45,135 nt of DNA. Origin: an uncultured Gemmatimonadota bacterium (GTDB lineage Bacteria > SM23-81 > DAOVCL01). The position numbers were made by a program, and so were the translations under genes. The notes under the pieces are model-generated. The model saw only the letters and a program-made list of their open reading frames with translations. It had not been told where the DNA came from and did no database searches. Below are positions 29,841-39,516 of the stretch, piece after piece. The number at the start of each line of letters is the position of its first letter. Position 1 is the first letter of the stretch. The DNA lies in assembly GCA_964626665.1 (NCBI GenBank), contig CAZVGK010000028.1:1-45135 (forward strand), written 5' to 3'.

Positions 29841-30070
29841 CAAAATTCAAATGTTCAAAACAAGTCCTGTTTCGGTCATTTGGATTTAGAACTTAGGATT
29901 TGCTTAACCCTAAGTCATCTAAAAGTTATGTGGGTTAACTGTCTCCAATGATACGCAACAGAACTTATGAAACGGACCACTTAGTTCTCACCTGCACCAC
30001 AGGCAGGCTGGTTAAATCTCGGTTTACTTCTCCTTCTCGAACTGATCCTTGGTGGGGTCCAGATGTTTTT

Positions 30071-30730
30071 CTAAAGGGGCCAGGTGTCCATATTATACAT
30101 CGCCTCCCAGTAGGTATGTTCGTATCTGCTGGCGGTAGTAAATATCTCTCTCAATTTCTCATAGGGAAAACCCTTACCTGCCTTATCTACAAGCTCTCTC
30201 ATCCTGCTCACCAAATTTAGATAAGGTTCTGATAAATATACCGTAGCCCACTCCACATACAGCCTATTCCCATTTTTGCTCAGTTTGTCTTTATGGCGCG
30301 CGGCAATTTCGGCATAGGACCAAAAACAGGGCAGGATGGAGGTGATAGATTCCGCATAGGACCTTAAAGAACTGGTGGAGAGGAGAAAACTTGTGTAGGA
30401 GATGTTCACCGGCAGGGGTTCAATGCTGATCGCATCCTTCAGAGAATATCCCAACTTCTCCAGGAACTCCTCATAACCCTTAAACTCACTTTCTGACTCC
30501 AGCCATAATATCTCGATAACCTCTCTCATCGCATTTAGGGAGTTAGCCCGGGAGGATATTATACTGAGGTTTTTTATGGCCGAGACAAGATAATTGTAGT
30601 CTTGCAGGATATAGAATTTGAACTTCTCCAGCGGCAGAATGCCGTCATAAAGTTCTACTACAAAGGGGTGTTCAATTATTCCTTCCCATATGTGGTTTGC
30701 GTCTGATCTTAGCCTTTGCGAAACTTTCAT
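30071..30730 (-). CDS. tenA: TenA family thiaminase II / aminopyrimidine aminohydrolase
   Basis: HPFV, FKFYILQDYNYL, ILPCFWSY (catalytic Cys), Y.EW...Y and E..YW. Confidence 0.92.
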   Translation of the reverse strand: MKVSQRLRSDANHIWEGIIEHPFVVELYDGILPLEKFKFYILQDYNYLVSAIKNLSIISSRANSLNAMREVIEILWLESESEFKGYEEFLEKLGYSLKDAISIEPLPVNISYTSFLLSTSSLRSYAESITSILPCFWSYAEIAARHKDKLSKNGNRLYVEWATVYLSEPYLNLVSRMRELVDKAGKGFPYEKLREIFTTASRYEHTYWEAMYNMDTWPL

Positions 30731-32193
30731 GGTTTTCTCCCCTGAACCACTATGTAATCCCCTTTTTCATACCCCTCTATTGGTTCCTCTATTCCGTTGT
30801 TAGTATATCTGGGATGTTTTGTCAGGGTTTGCACATATTTTAAATCGACAAAACCGGCCTCCTTTAGCAAATTACTGACTTCCCGGGTCGAATGCCAATG
30901 GGTCCCTTTGATAAACTTAAGAGGATAAGGATTGGGGGGGGCAGTTTCGGGATCGTGTTTCCCCCGAAGATAAGCCAAATCATACATCATCGCATAGGAA
31001 CCTTCCCTGGCCAAAAAGGAGACGACGATATGCCCATTAGGTTTTAAGATGCGATAGGCTTCCCTTACTGCCTTTTGGGGGTCATCCACATAACTAAGGA
31101 TAGTGCTCAGCAAGACCGTATCAAATCTCTCATCTTCAAAAGGAACTTCTTCAGCAACACCTATTTTTACTTTAATCCCCCTTTTCTCCGCTAATTTGGC
31201 CATCTCCTTTGCGGGTTCTACCCCATGTTCAATCCCCAACCGGGAAGCAAACAATCCGTCTCCCACTCCAATGCTCACGGAATTATTTGGGTTAGATAAA
31301 AAATGTTTCTCCGTCAAGAGCTCGGATTCAAAGACAACCTGGTTCTGGCTAAACCAGCGATCAAAATCCGCTGCGGCCTCCTCAAAAGCGGAAATCTTCA
31401 GAGGTTCAATGTTATGGTATAGGGGGCCGTGGCCCTTGCCTATGTTGCCTGGTGCATTCCTTATGGCCCTCGTAATGTAGTCCTTTGCCACTTTGACTGC
31501 GTCGTGAATACTCATTCCTTTAGATAATCCAGCAGTTATCGCCGCCGAGAGTGTGCAGCCCGTGCCATGGGTATTTTCCGTAGCCACCCTTTCCGCTTCA
31601 TAGTAGGTGTATTCTTCCCCATCAAAGAGAAGGTCAATAGCTTTCTCCCCAGAGAGGTGTCCTCCTTTCAGCAGGACAAACCTTGCCCCATTCCCTTGGA
31701 TGATTTTAGCCGATTCTTGGGCATCTTCGATACCCATTATCTCCATCCCACTAATTATCTCCGCTTCAAAGACATTAGGGGTAATGAGAAAGGCTACAGG
31801 CAATAATCCCGCAATAAGGGCACTTTCCGCATCCTCTCTAAGGAGACGAGCACCACTTTTGGCCACCATAACTGGATCCACTACCAATTTCTCTATTCTG
31901 TATTTCTTAACTTTGTCAATAATCACTTCTATTATATCTTTATTGGAGACCATCCCTGTCTTTGCTGCATCTGTCCCCATATCTTCCATTATCATATCTA
32001 TCTGATCCCCCACAATGTCTGGAGATATATCGTGGATAGAACGCACTCCCTGGGTGTTCTGCGATGTTACAGATGTAACCACAGACATTCCAAAGCAATT
32101 AAAGGCTTGAAAGGTCTTTAAATCTGCCTGTATGCCAGCCCCTCCCCCTGAATCAGAGCCGGCAATAGTTAAAGCTTTACCTTCATAGTTCAT
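30727..32193 (-). CDS. thiD: HMP/HMP-P kinase ThiD fused to a class I SAM-dependent methyltransferase
   Basis: TIAGSDSGGGAGIQADLKT, VVDPVM, ITPN..EA, LLKGGH and THGTGC. C-terminal half has SIGVGDGLFA, GVEPA, AEEVPF....FD and YRILKPNG. Confidence 0.9.
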   Translation of the reverse strand: MNYEGKALTIAGSDSGGGAGIQADLKTFQAFNCFGMSVVTSVTSQNTQGVRSIHDISPDIVGDQIDMIMEDMGTDAAKTGMVSNKDIIEVIIDKVKKYRIEKLVVDPVMVAKSGARLLREDAESALIAGLLPVAFLITPNVFEAEIISGMEIMGIEDAQESAKIIQGNGARFVLLKGGHLSGEKAIDLLFDGEEYTYYEAERVATENTHGTGCTLSAAITAGLSKGMSIHDAVKVAKDYITRAIRNAPGNIGKGHGPLYHNIEPLKISAFEEAAADFDRWFSQNQVVFESELLTEKHFLSNPNNSVSIGVGDGLFASRLGIEHGVEPAKEMAKLAEKRGIKVKIGVAEEVPFEDERFDTVLLSTILSYVDDPQKAVREAYRILKPNGHIVVSFLAREGSYAMMYDLAYLRGKHDPETAPPNPYPLKFIKGTHWHSTREVSNLLKEAGFVDLKYVQTLTKHPRYTNNGIEEPIEGYEKGDYIVVQGRKP

Positions 32194-32367
32194 CTCTTTC
32201 TTCCCTCTTGAATTTACCTTTTAATGCCCCTCACACCGAGCAGGCCTAACCGGAGGGGCCAATCTGGAAAGTTACCACATATCCTGTAGAAACGCAGGCT
32301 CCTTATCGTCACCCCTGCCAGTAGCCATAGATATTCAACCCTTTGGAAAAGTTGGCTTTAGGTCCGA

Positions 32368-32862
32368 CTACTCCTTTAAAGCCACCAACTCCCCGCTGAG
32401 CAGGGTGAGATGGCCCATCTCCTCTTTGATGATGTTCTCTACCTTATCTTTGCTCAACCCAGGCGTAACCATCTCCCTGATCCCCTGGTAGAAAACTATG
32501 GAATCCTTCTCCAAGCCAATGGCCATCCGTAGGATATCCTCCACCGACTCTTCTCCCGTCAACCATTCAGTGGGATCCTGGCGCAAATCAAATACCTGCC
32601 CATCGGCTATGGCCTGCAGATACCTGACCCCCTCACCGCTGGGATCAAAACCGCCCACCACCCCCTCCTTTCCGGAGAGGTCCTCCCTCAGGGAATGGAA
32701 GGTGCGTTCGTGCTCATCCTCCATAGCGGCAAGCCCGAGCAGCTTCTGCTCCACCCCAACATCCGAAACCCCCTGGGCTGCCTTCCGGTAGAACTTCGCC
32801 CCGTTGCGCTCGATCCGCTCGGCCATCTCTAAGATCTCATCGGCATTGAAACGGATGGTCAT
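32368..32862 (-). CDS. Rubrerythrin-like ferritin-family protein
   Basis: FNADEILEMA.RIE.NG..FY, MEDEH, LEKDSI.FY and EEMGH. Confidence 0.9.
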   Translation of the reverse strand: MTIRFNADEILEMAERIERNGAKFYRKAAQGVSDVGVEQKLLGLAAMEDEHERTFHSLREDLSGKEGVVGGFDPSGEGVRYLQAIADGQVFDLRQDPTEWLTGEESVEDILRMAIGLEKDSIVFYQGIREMVTPGLSKDKVENIIKEEMGHLTLLSGELVALKE

Positions 32863-33377
32863 CACTCCTCCTCCGACGGAGGGGGAGTGGAGGTGCGCGC
32901 CCCCAACTCCCTGTCCATCATAATCAAGCTATGACCAGAATCGCCAATCCACTCCAACATCTGAGCAACCTTGGAGGTAGAGGACTCCTCCTCCACCTGT
33001 TCGGTGACAAACCACTGCAAGAGAATGCCTGCGGCATGGTCACCCTCTTGAGCAGCAAGCCTCACCAGCTCATCTATCTTTGAGGTGATAAACTGCTCGT
33101 GCTGGTAGGCCTCCTGGAAAGCCTCCAAAGGTGATCTCCACTTCTTCTTTGGTTGAGCCAGGGGAAGCAGTTCCACTCTGCCGTCCCTTTTCTTGATATG
33201 ATCGAAGAACTTCATCGCATGGACAATCTCCTCCTGGGTCTGGGCCCTCATCCATTGAGCCATTCCATCCAGGCCCTGGGAATGGAAGTAGGCAGCCATT
33301 GAGAGGTAAAGGTAAGCGGATTCCAGCTCGTGTTTGATCTGCTGGTTTATCGCCTCCTCCATCTTCTTTCCGATCAT
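32862..33377 (-). CDS. ftnA: Non-heme ferritin
   Basis: [32 protein letters not shown] and [11 protein letters not shown]. The ATG overlaps the dfx stop. Confidence 0.95.
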   Translation of the reverse strand: MIGKKMEEAINQQIKHELESAYLYLSMAAYFHSQGLDGMAQWMRAQTQEEIVHAMKFFDHIKKRDGRVELLPLAQPKKKWRSPLEAFQEAYQHEQFITSKIDELVRLAAQEGDHAAGILLQWFVTEQVEEESSTSKVAQMLEWIGDSGHSLIMMDRELGARTSTPPPSEEE

Positions 33378-33760
33378 CTTCCCTCCTCTACTTTCCAAAG
33401 CCCGTGCAGGTTGCAGTTGGCGCGAGCGGTCACCTCTGCGGTTGGCACAGCAAAACTTGCCTCCGGCGGATCCCCTGGGTTGAGAAACTGGCGATAGGCA
33501 ATCCCATCGGCTATGACCTCAATCCACTCGATGTAGTGGTCATCATTCATTGGATGGGGGACGCTCCCCACCGTTACCTTCACCCCCTCCTTGGTCCTCT
33601 CCACCACAGGAACATGCTTCTCCTGGGCAGCGTCCACCGAATTCTCCCTTAGGAGAGTCATCGGTTGTCCACAGCAGACAAGCTGCCCCTTTCCGGAATG
33701 CAGGACCTCCACGATGTTCCCGCATATCTCACATTTGTAAACCTGCAGTCTCTCAGTCAT
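33374..33760 (-). CDS. dfx: Desulfoferrodoxin (2Fe superoxide reductase)
   Basis: CEICGN...CCGQPM desulforedoxin domain; EKHVP, HPM...HYIEWI and CNLHGLW. Confidence 0.97.
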   Translation of the reverse strand: MTERLQVYKCEICGNIVEVLHSGKGQLVCCGQPMTLLRENSVDAAQEKHVPVVERTKEGVKVTVGSVPHPMNDDHYIEWIEVIADGIAYRQFLNPGDPPEASFAVPTAEVTARANCNLHGLWKVEEGR

Positions 33761-33885
33761 TTTTACCTCCTGTTATTTTTCTTCTAACCTGCCAGTTCAC
33801 CACGGAATCTGGCGGAATCGCACTTGTGTAGTTAAGGCTCCTCCACTTAGGGGATTGAAAATAGAAATTGGAAAATGGAAACTCT

Positions 33886-33952
33886 TGAGCCGTCAGAACC
33901 CCGATTCTGACGGCAAAAGCTAGCAGTGGCAGAATCGGTGTTCTGCCACCTC
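33886..33952. repeat. Two-hairpin REP-like element (copy of 7806-7865)
   Basis: tgagccgtcaga..tctgacggc and gtggcagaa..ttctgccacctc. Confidence 0.75.
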
Positions 33953-33989
33953 AGGGGAAGAAACCCAACCACCCACGTTAATAGCCTGA

Positions 33990-35303
33990 CTATCCCCCCA
34001 GGATCTCCTTGATGTCCTCCGCGGGATCACCGATCAGCCGCAGATCGTAGCTCTCCTGGAGCACCTTGAGGATGTCATCGTTTACCCAGGCTGGCAGGAT
34101 GGGACCCAAATAAATCCCCTTTATCCCCAAGGAGAGGAGACTCCAGAGGATAGCCACCGCCTTCTGCTCCATCCAACTGAGGATCAGGGTCAGGGGAAGT
34201 TCGTTTATCCCCACTCCAAAGAGCTCCGCCAGGGCCTGAGCGATTTCTATGGCCACAATCGAGTCGTTGCATTGGCCCAGATCAATAAGCCTGGGGACCC
34301 CCTCTATCTCACCCAAATTTAGGTCATTGATCCGAAACTTGCCACAGGCTAAGGTTAAAACAACCGTATCCTGGGGCAGCTTTTGGACAAACTCCCGGTA
34401 GTAGCCTGCCTTCTTCAGAGGGGAATCACATCCCCCTACCAAGAAGAAGTGACGGATCTTGCCCGCCTCTACCAGTTGCTTGATCTTTCCTGCCAAGGAG
34501 AGAACGGCTGACTTGGAGAAGCCGGTGGTGAGCACCACATCTCCCTTGCTCTCCTCCAGTGCGGGCAGGGTCTTCGCCTTCTCGATCACCGGGGTGTAGT
34601 CATAACCGGGGATGTGCTCCACCCCAGGGAGTCGGGCCGGGCCCGTGGTAAACATCCTCTCCCTATACTCCTCCTTGGGAATGAGGACACAGTTCGAGGT
34701 CCCCAGGATGGCCACCGGATAACGGGAAAAGAGCCGCTTCTGATCGAACCAGGCCTTGCCCAGGTTGCCCACTAAATGCTCATACCTCTTCAGGCCCGGG
34801 TAGCCATGGGCGGGAAGAAGTTCCGAATGGGTGTAGACATTGATCCCCGTCCCTTTGGTTTGCTCCAACAGGGCAGCGAGGGCCTTCAACCCATGGCCGG
34901 TGGCGATGATCCCTTGTCCCTTCGCCGTTCCCGTCTGCACCTGGGTGGGCTCCGGCTCCCCATAGGTGTCGATATGGGCCTTTTTGAGAAGCCTCATCGT
35001 CCTCAGGTTCATCTCCCCGGCCTCCACGGCCAGGTGGACGAAGTCCTCTGCATCAAAGTTAACATTAGTAAATGTGGAGTAAAAGACCCTCTCCAAGAAC
35101 GCATCTATCTCAGTATCGGTATAGCCCAGCTCCCTGGCGTGGTAGAGGTAAGCGGCCATCCCCTTAGTGGCAAACATCAGATTATCCTGCAATCTGGCCA
35201 CCGTAGCCTCCTTCCCACAGACGCCCTTTACCGTGCAACCGGTCCCCCCTACAGTCTGAGAACACTGGTAACAGAACATATCCAAACTTTCTTTTTCAGC
35301 CAT
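33990..35303 (-). CDS. hcp: Hybrid cluster protein / hydroxylamine reductase (short, class III-like)
   Basis: MFCYQCSQT....GCT..GVCGK, YTHSE, TSNC, GGCD, ACGK, GQCND and SWMEQKA; 437 aa. Confidence 0.97.
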   Translation of the reverse strand: MAEKESLDMFCYQCSQTVGGTGCTVKGVCGKEATVARLQDNLMFATKGMAAYLYHARELGYTDTEIDAFLERVFYSTFTNVNFDAEDFVHLAVEAGEMNLRTMRLLKKAHIDTYGEPEPTQVQTGTAKGQGIIATGHGLKALAALLEQTKGTGINVYTHSELLPAHGYPGLKRYEHLVGNLGKAWFDQKRLFSRYPVAILGTSNCVLIPKEEYRERMFTTGPARLPGVEHIPGYDYTPVIEKAKTLPALEESKGDVVLTTGFSKSAVLSLAGKIKQLVEAGKIRHFFLVGGCDSPLKKAGYYREFVQKLPQDTVVLTLACGKFRINDLNLGEIEGVPRLIDLGQCNDSIVAIEIAQALAELFGVGINELPLTLILSWMEQKAVAILWSLLSLGIKGIYLGPILPAWVNDDILKVLQESYDLRLIGDPAEDIKEILGG

Positions 35304-35305
35304 TT

Positions 35306-36028
35306 CTATCTCCCCTTTTTATAAAATGTCCCCACATTTGGATTCTCCTCTCCAAATTTTTCGACTAACTCCTTCAATAATTCACTTCCGGACTTTCCTT
35401 CTTTTTCAAGCTTCTTTATTAGCTGATACGCCCCAAAAAGAGGTGAAGGTCCAATCTCAGATGCAAAGATGCCGGCACCGTGATTCCAGACAAACATCGA
35501 AAAAAGCTCATCCAACTCAGCAATGGTAACACCCGCAGCGTAAGCTTTCACCAACTCACGGGTAGCCTGACGAAATCGACCGGCACCAACCCCATCGGCG
35601 AGGGAAAGCAGATATTTCGTCTTCTTGTCTATGGCAGGATTTCCCTTTCCCCAAACAAAGTCCCAGAAATGCACTACAATATTGGCAAGCGTATTGTCGA
35701 TATCCTTGAAATTAACCATTGCTGTCGGCTTGAGAGAAACTTCCATATCTCCAGGAGTGGTCGTCTCCTTTTTCTCCATCCGGTGAAAATATACCCGATA
35801 TTCGTTGTCCGAGACTTTCTCAGTCAGGTATTCAAAACCTAAATCCGCCAACGCAGAATACAGCGGAAGGGGCTCGAAGCTCTGAATTACACATATTTCC
35901 TCACCGACAGTAATATCTGCGGCTTTCTGGAGAACCATAGGCAAAAAGTTGCCCTTTAATTCTCTCGTATCAATTACCTCAAACCTTTCCTTCTTACTTT
36001 TCCATCCCCCTCCCTTTTTCTTAGTCAT
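35306..36028 (-). CDS. DUF2249-like domain plus AhpD/CMD-like helical domain protein
   Basis: IDTR...[16 protein letters not shown]-terminus; [14 protein letters not shown]...A..ELVKA..AG.T.AELDE C-terminus. Confidence 0.6.
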   Translation of the reverse strand: MTKKKGGGWKSKKERFEVIDTRELKGNFLPMVLQKAADITVGEEICVIQSFEPLPLYSALADLGFEYLTEKVSDNEYRVYFHRMEKKETTTPGDMEVSLKPTAMVNFKDIDNTLANIVVHFWDFVWGKGNPAIDKKTKYLLSLADGVGAGRFRQATRELVKAYAAGVTIAELDELFSMFVWNHGAGIFASEIGPSPLFGAYQLIKKLEKEGKSGSELLKELVEKFGEENPNVGTFYKKGR

Positions 36029-36063
36029 AACTTACCTCCCTTAATTTTATCCCGCAATCGGCC

Positions 36064-36567
36064 TCAGAATTTCTCAAACTTCTCCCTGGGCAGATTGCAT
36101 ACCGGACATCTTCCCGGGGGCTTCCCTATATGCGTATATCCGCAGATAGGACATATGTAAACCTCCTGGATCTCTATATCCCTGCCGCTACCCACCTGGG
36201 CCTTTGCCCTCTCGTAGAGCCCCTTGTGGATCTTCTCCGCCTCTAAGGCATAATGGATGACCCTCTCCGCCCCTTTCTCCCCCTGAAGCTGGGCGACCGC
36301 GCCATAGGTGGGATACATCTCCTCTATCTCAAAGGTTTCTCCTTCAACCCCCGCCTGGAGATTTTCTCCGGTCTCTTTGATCATCCCAAGAACTCTGGCG
36401 TGGTTTGTGGCATGCACCTGCTCGGCAAAGCCTATGGCCCTAAAGAGCCTGGCCACATTGGGAAATCCCTCCCCTGTGGCTGCCTCGCTGAAGGCCAGGT
36501 ATTTCATATGGGCCATAGATTCCCCAGCAAAGGCCTCTTGCAGGGCCTTCTCCGTCATCTTCCTCAT
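36064..36567 (-). CDS. rbr: Rubrerythrin
   Basis: AFAGES.A..KY, AEQVHA, GETFE..EMY, AEKIH and C-terminal CPICG...CPVC. Start MRKMT at 36567. Confidence 0.96.
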   Translation of the reverse strand: MRKMTEKALQEAFAGESMAHMKYLAFSEAATGEGFPNVARLFRAIGFAEQVHATNHARVLGMIKETGENLQAGVEGETFEIEEMYPTYGAVAQLQGEKGAERVIHYALEAEKIHKGLYERAKAQVGSGRDIEIQEVYICPICGYTHIGKPPGRCPVCNLPREKFEKF

Positions 36568-36580
36568 TCCATTCCCCCTC

Positions 36581-37222
36581 TTATAATTTGCGGTGGCAGA
36601 ACCACCAGTCAAAGCACTTGTATTCCTCCCCCCTGCGCTTGGCGGTCTCCTCATCAGTGGCCGGCGGGATGATCACCTCATCCTCGATCAGCTCGTTCTC
36701 CGGCCAGTTGGCCGGGACCGCCACTCCCTCCTTGTCCGTGACCTGTAACCCCTTGACCATTCTCACCACCTCACCCATATTCCTGCCCAGCTCCTGGGGG
36801 TAGTAGAGAATGGCCCTGATCACCCCTTGGGGGTCAACAATAAAGACCGCCCGCACCGTGTTCGTCCCCTTGCCCGGATGGATGAGGCCCAGCAATCCGG
36901 CCACCCTCCCGGTGTCATCAGCAATCACTGGAAACTGAATCTCGGTCTTCAGGTTGTCCCTGATCCACTCCACCCACTTGATGTGGGAGAAAACCTGATC
37001 GATGCTCAGCCCAATGAGCTCACAGTTTAACTTCTTTAGCTCGTCGTATCTTCGCTGGAAGCCCACGAACTCGGTGGTGCAAACCGGGGTAAAGTCCGCC
37101 GGATGGCTGAAGAAGACGAACCACTTCCCGGCATACTCTGCGGGCAAGTTTAGCTTGCCATGGGTCGTCTGCACCTCAATCTCAGGGAAACTCTCTCCAA
37201 TAAGTGGCATTTTGCCTTCCAT
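36581..37222 (-). CDS. Peroxiredoxin (Prx6/archaeal AhpC-type)
   Basis: [35 protein letters not shown] and CFDWWFC. Confidence 0.95.
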   Translation of the reverse strand: MEGKMPLIGESFPEIEVQTTHGKLNLPAEYAGKWFVFFSHPADFTPVCTTEFVGFQRRYDELKKLNCELIGLSIDQVFSHIKWVEWIRDNLKTEIQFPVIADDTGRVAGLLGLIHPGKGTNTVRAVFIVDPQGVIRAILYYPQELGRNMGEVVRMVKGLQVTDKEGVAVPANWPENELIEDEVIIPPATDEETAKRRGEEYKCFDWWFCHRKL

Positions 37223-37237
37223 TTCATCCTCCTTTCC

Positions 37238-37741
37238 TCAATAGATGGGCCAAAACTTGTTGTCATACCAGATGCTCTCGGTCAGTTCCCGATCCAACTG
37301 GGAGAGAAAGGTCAAATGGGTCTTCTCCCAGTTGGCCAACCATTGATATAACTCCTGGGCCAGCGGATCGTCCGTTGATTTAGCGTTCTCCCCATAGAAC
37401 TGGACAGCCCTCTCCTCCATAGCCATCGCCGCAGATATGGCCGCCGCCTCATATCCCGCGGCGGAGATCTCCTCCTTAATCTTCTGCGTGATGACACCAC
37501 TGATCACATCAAGGGGTTTTCCCTCCTTTTGCACGGGCTTTAGCTTTCCCTCCCGCTTCAGATGGGCATATTGCTCGTTTAAGATCTCTATGTGCCTGCC
37601 CTCCTCAGCAGCCATGGCCTCAAATACCTGGCGGACCATCTCATTCTCAGCATTTTGGGCGGCCAGCTCATAGAACGATTTCCCCCTATGCTCCAGAAGG
37701 ATAGCCCCCTTGATTATCTCCAAGACCTTATCTTCTACCAT
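37238..37741 (-). CDS. Rubrerythrin-like ferritin-family protein
   Basis: AILLE..GKSFY, EEGRH, MEERAVQFY and WEKTH. Confidence 0.88.
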   Translation of the reverse strand: MVEDKVLEIIKGAILLEHRGKSFYELAAQNAENEMVRQVFEAMAAEEGRHIEILNEQYAHLKREGKLKPVQKEGKPLDVISGVITQKIKEEISAAGYEAAAISAAMAMEERAVQFYGENAKSTDDPLAQELYQWLANWEKTHLTFLSQLDRELTESIWYDNKFWPIY

Positions 37742-37756
37742 CTATCCCCCTTCAAC

Positions 37757-38449
37757 TTAATCCTTCACCAGCTCAAAATCCACCTTAGCCGCCCCACAAA
37801 TAGGGCAGACCCAATCATCGGGTATATCCTCAAAGGCCGTCCCTGGTTCAATCCCTGAATCGGGATCGCCCTTCTCCGGATCATAGATGTACCCGCAGAC
37901 CGTGCAGCGGTATTTCTCCACCTTACTCACCTCCTTTCCGTTCACCTCTTTAATGTAGGTGGGCGCGGACTTAGGGGACTTGCCCCTCTTTACCTGGTGA
38001 TAGTAAGTATAGGTCATCGGCGGGTTCTCATTGAGAATCTCCGCCCCTACCACCTTGCCAAAGAAGACAGTGTGAGTCCCCATCTCGGTGCTCTCCATTA
38101 GCTCGGCTTCAATGTGCCCCACCGAGTTCTCCAGCACAACAGGGGCTCCAGTTACACCAACTTCATACCTCACATCCTTGAACTTGTCTACCTCCCTCCC
38201 GGACTTAAAGCCAAACTGGCCGATAAACTTCATTGGCGTCTCCTCGGAGAGGATGGAGACCGCAAACACCTTCCCTTCCCTGATGAATTGGTTGGTTAAG
38301 TTCTGCTTGTTGATGCAGACCGCAATTACCGGAGGTTCCGCGCAGACCTGAAAAACGGTATTGGCAATCTGTCCATTTAGCTTTCCCCCCGCCTTCGCCC
38401 CGACCACATACATCCCGTAACCAATTTTATGTAGAGTCTTTAAGTTCAT
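37757..38449 (-). CDS. High-molecular-weight rubredoxin (flavin reductase + rubredoxin)
   Basis: [34 protein letters not shown]-terminal [10 protein letters not shown]...WVCPICG. Confidence 0.93.
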   Translation of the reverse strand: MNLKTLHKIGYGMYVVGAKAGGKLNGQIANTVFQVCAEPPVIAVCINKQNLTNQFIREGKVFAVSILSEETPMKFIGQFGFKSGREVDKFKDVRYEVGVTGAPVVLENSVGHIEAELMESTEMGTHTVFFGKVVGAEILNENPPMTYTYYHQVKRGKSPKSAPTYIKEVNGKEVSKVEKYRCTVCGYIYDPEKGDPDSGIEPGTAFEDIPDDWVCPICGAAKVDFELVKD

Positions 38450-38529
38450 CTCATCTCTCCCTTTAGGTAATACCGCATCTCATAGGCGAAAAAGATTAAG
38501 CGCAAAGGCCAGCTCCCGCTGTTTTCTCA

Positions 38530-39516
38530 CTACAAGGGGTCACGGGGAACAGACCTGGTTGCTGCCAAGGTGAGCTCATCTCTCAGCGGATTGCCGGCCA
38601 GGAAATCCCTCAGGGAGTCGATGATTTCCCCTAACAGCTCCTCTGCCCTGTGGCTGAAGCCTCCCTTGAGGAGGCGCACCAACCTCTGCCGGCCATATTG
38701 TTCCCCTTTCCCATTCTCCGCCTCAATTAACCCATCCGAGAAGAGGAGAAGAATATCTCCCGGACCAAGCTTAACCTGTGCCTGTGAATAGGTCATCCCC
38801 TTATCAACGCCAAGGGGGAGTTGGGTTTCAGAGAGCTCCTGCACACCTCCTTGGCTGGAGAGAAGAAGGGGAGGTTCGTGACCGGCGGAGGTATAGAAAA
38901 GGAGGCCCTGCTGCAAAAGCCCTGAGAATAGGGTGATAAAGGCGACCTCCTTTTCACAATCCGCGGCCAGGGCCCGATTGAGCCTACCCACCAAATTGGC
39001 GGGAGAGAAGTTCTCCCGCCAGCCCTCACCTAAGGAGAGCTCAGAGAGATGGCCTATCTCCTCAGTCAACCGAGCTTTGAGGCCTGTAGCTTTCAAGCCG
39101 TGCCCCATCACATCAAAGAGCATAACCCCCAGGGCATTGTCACCCCTATCGCCTACCCAGGGGAAGGTGGTAAAGTAGTCACCACCGGTAAATCTTAGAG
39201 GAAGGGAGAGGGAAACTATCTCCACCTGGGGAATGGAATCGTTCTTCCGTAGGGGCAATCCCTCCGGCAGAGGGTAACTCACCTCCTTAGCGGAGATGCT
39301 CCCTCCCTCACCCTCATAGGAGAGCTTCCGCAGGGCCAACATCTCTTGCAGAAGCATCAGCTTATGTTTCCTCTCTTCCTCGGCAAGCTGCATAAGCAGA
39401 GCCTTTATCTCCTGGCGGGGGGAGAGACCGCTTGCCCTCCGATAGTAGTTGAAGGCTTCCACCTCCATCTGCAGCGCGCCGCGGAGGACCTTTATCAAGG
39501 GGAGGAGATCCCTCAC
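38530..39516 (-). CDS. Ferritin/rubrerythrin-like N-terminal domain fused to a SpoIIE/PP2C phosphatase
   Basis: N-terminus ALQMEVEAFNYY...LAEEERKH; PP2C motifs GGDYF, DVMGHG, SAGHEPP, FSDGL.EA and RDELT. Confidence 0.88.
   Translation of the reverse strand: MRDLLPLIKVLRGALQMEVEAFNYYRRASGLSPRQEIKALLMQLAEEERKHKLMLLQEMLALRKLSYEGEGGSISAKEVSYPLPEGLPLRKNDSIPQVEIVSLSLPLRFTGGDYFTTFPWVGDRGDNALGVMLFDVMGHGLKATGLKARLTEEIGHLSELSLGEGWRENFSPANLVGRLNRALAADCEKEVAFITLFSGLLQQGLLFYTSAGHEPPLLLSSQGGVQELSETQLPLGVDKGMTYSQAQVKLGPGDILLLFSDGLIEAENGKGEQYGRQRLVRLLKGGFSHRAEELLGEIIDSLRDFLAGNPLRDELTLAATRSVPRDPL

Noticed and set aside
32194-32367. TPP riboswitch upstream of thiD
   Set aside because: No CUGAGA core or recognisable P2-P5 structure by eye.
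19541-37222. Selenocysteine recoding in the redox genes
   Set aside because: The active-site positions examined are ordinary Cys codons, and no redox ORF appears split at an in-frame TGA.
10833-37741. Encapsulin cargo-loading peptides on the ferritin-like proteins
   Set aside because: No L.(V/I)GSL-type terminal motif and no encapsulin shell gene in the window.
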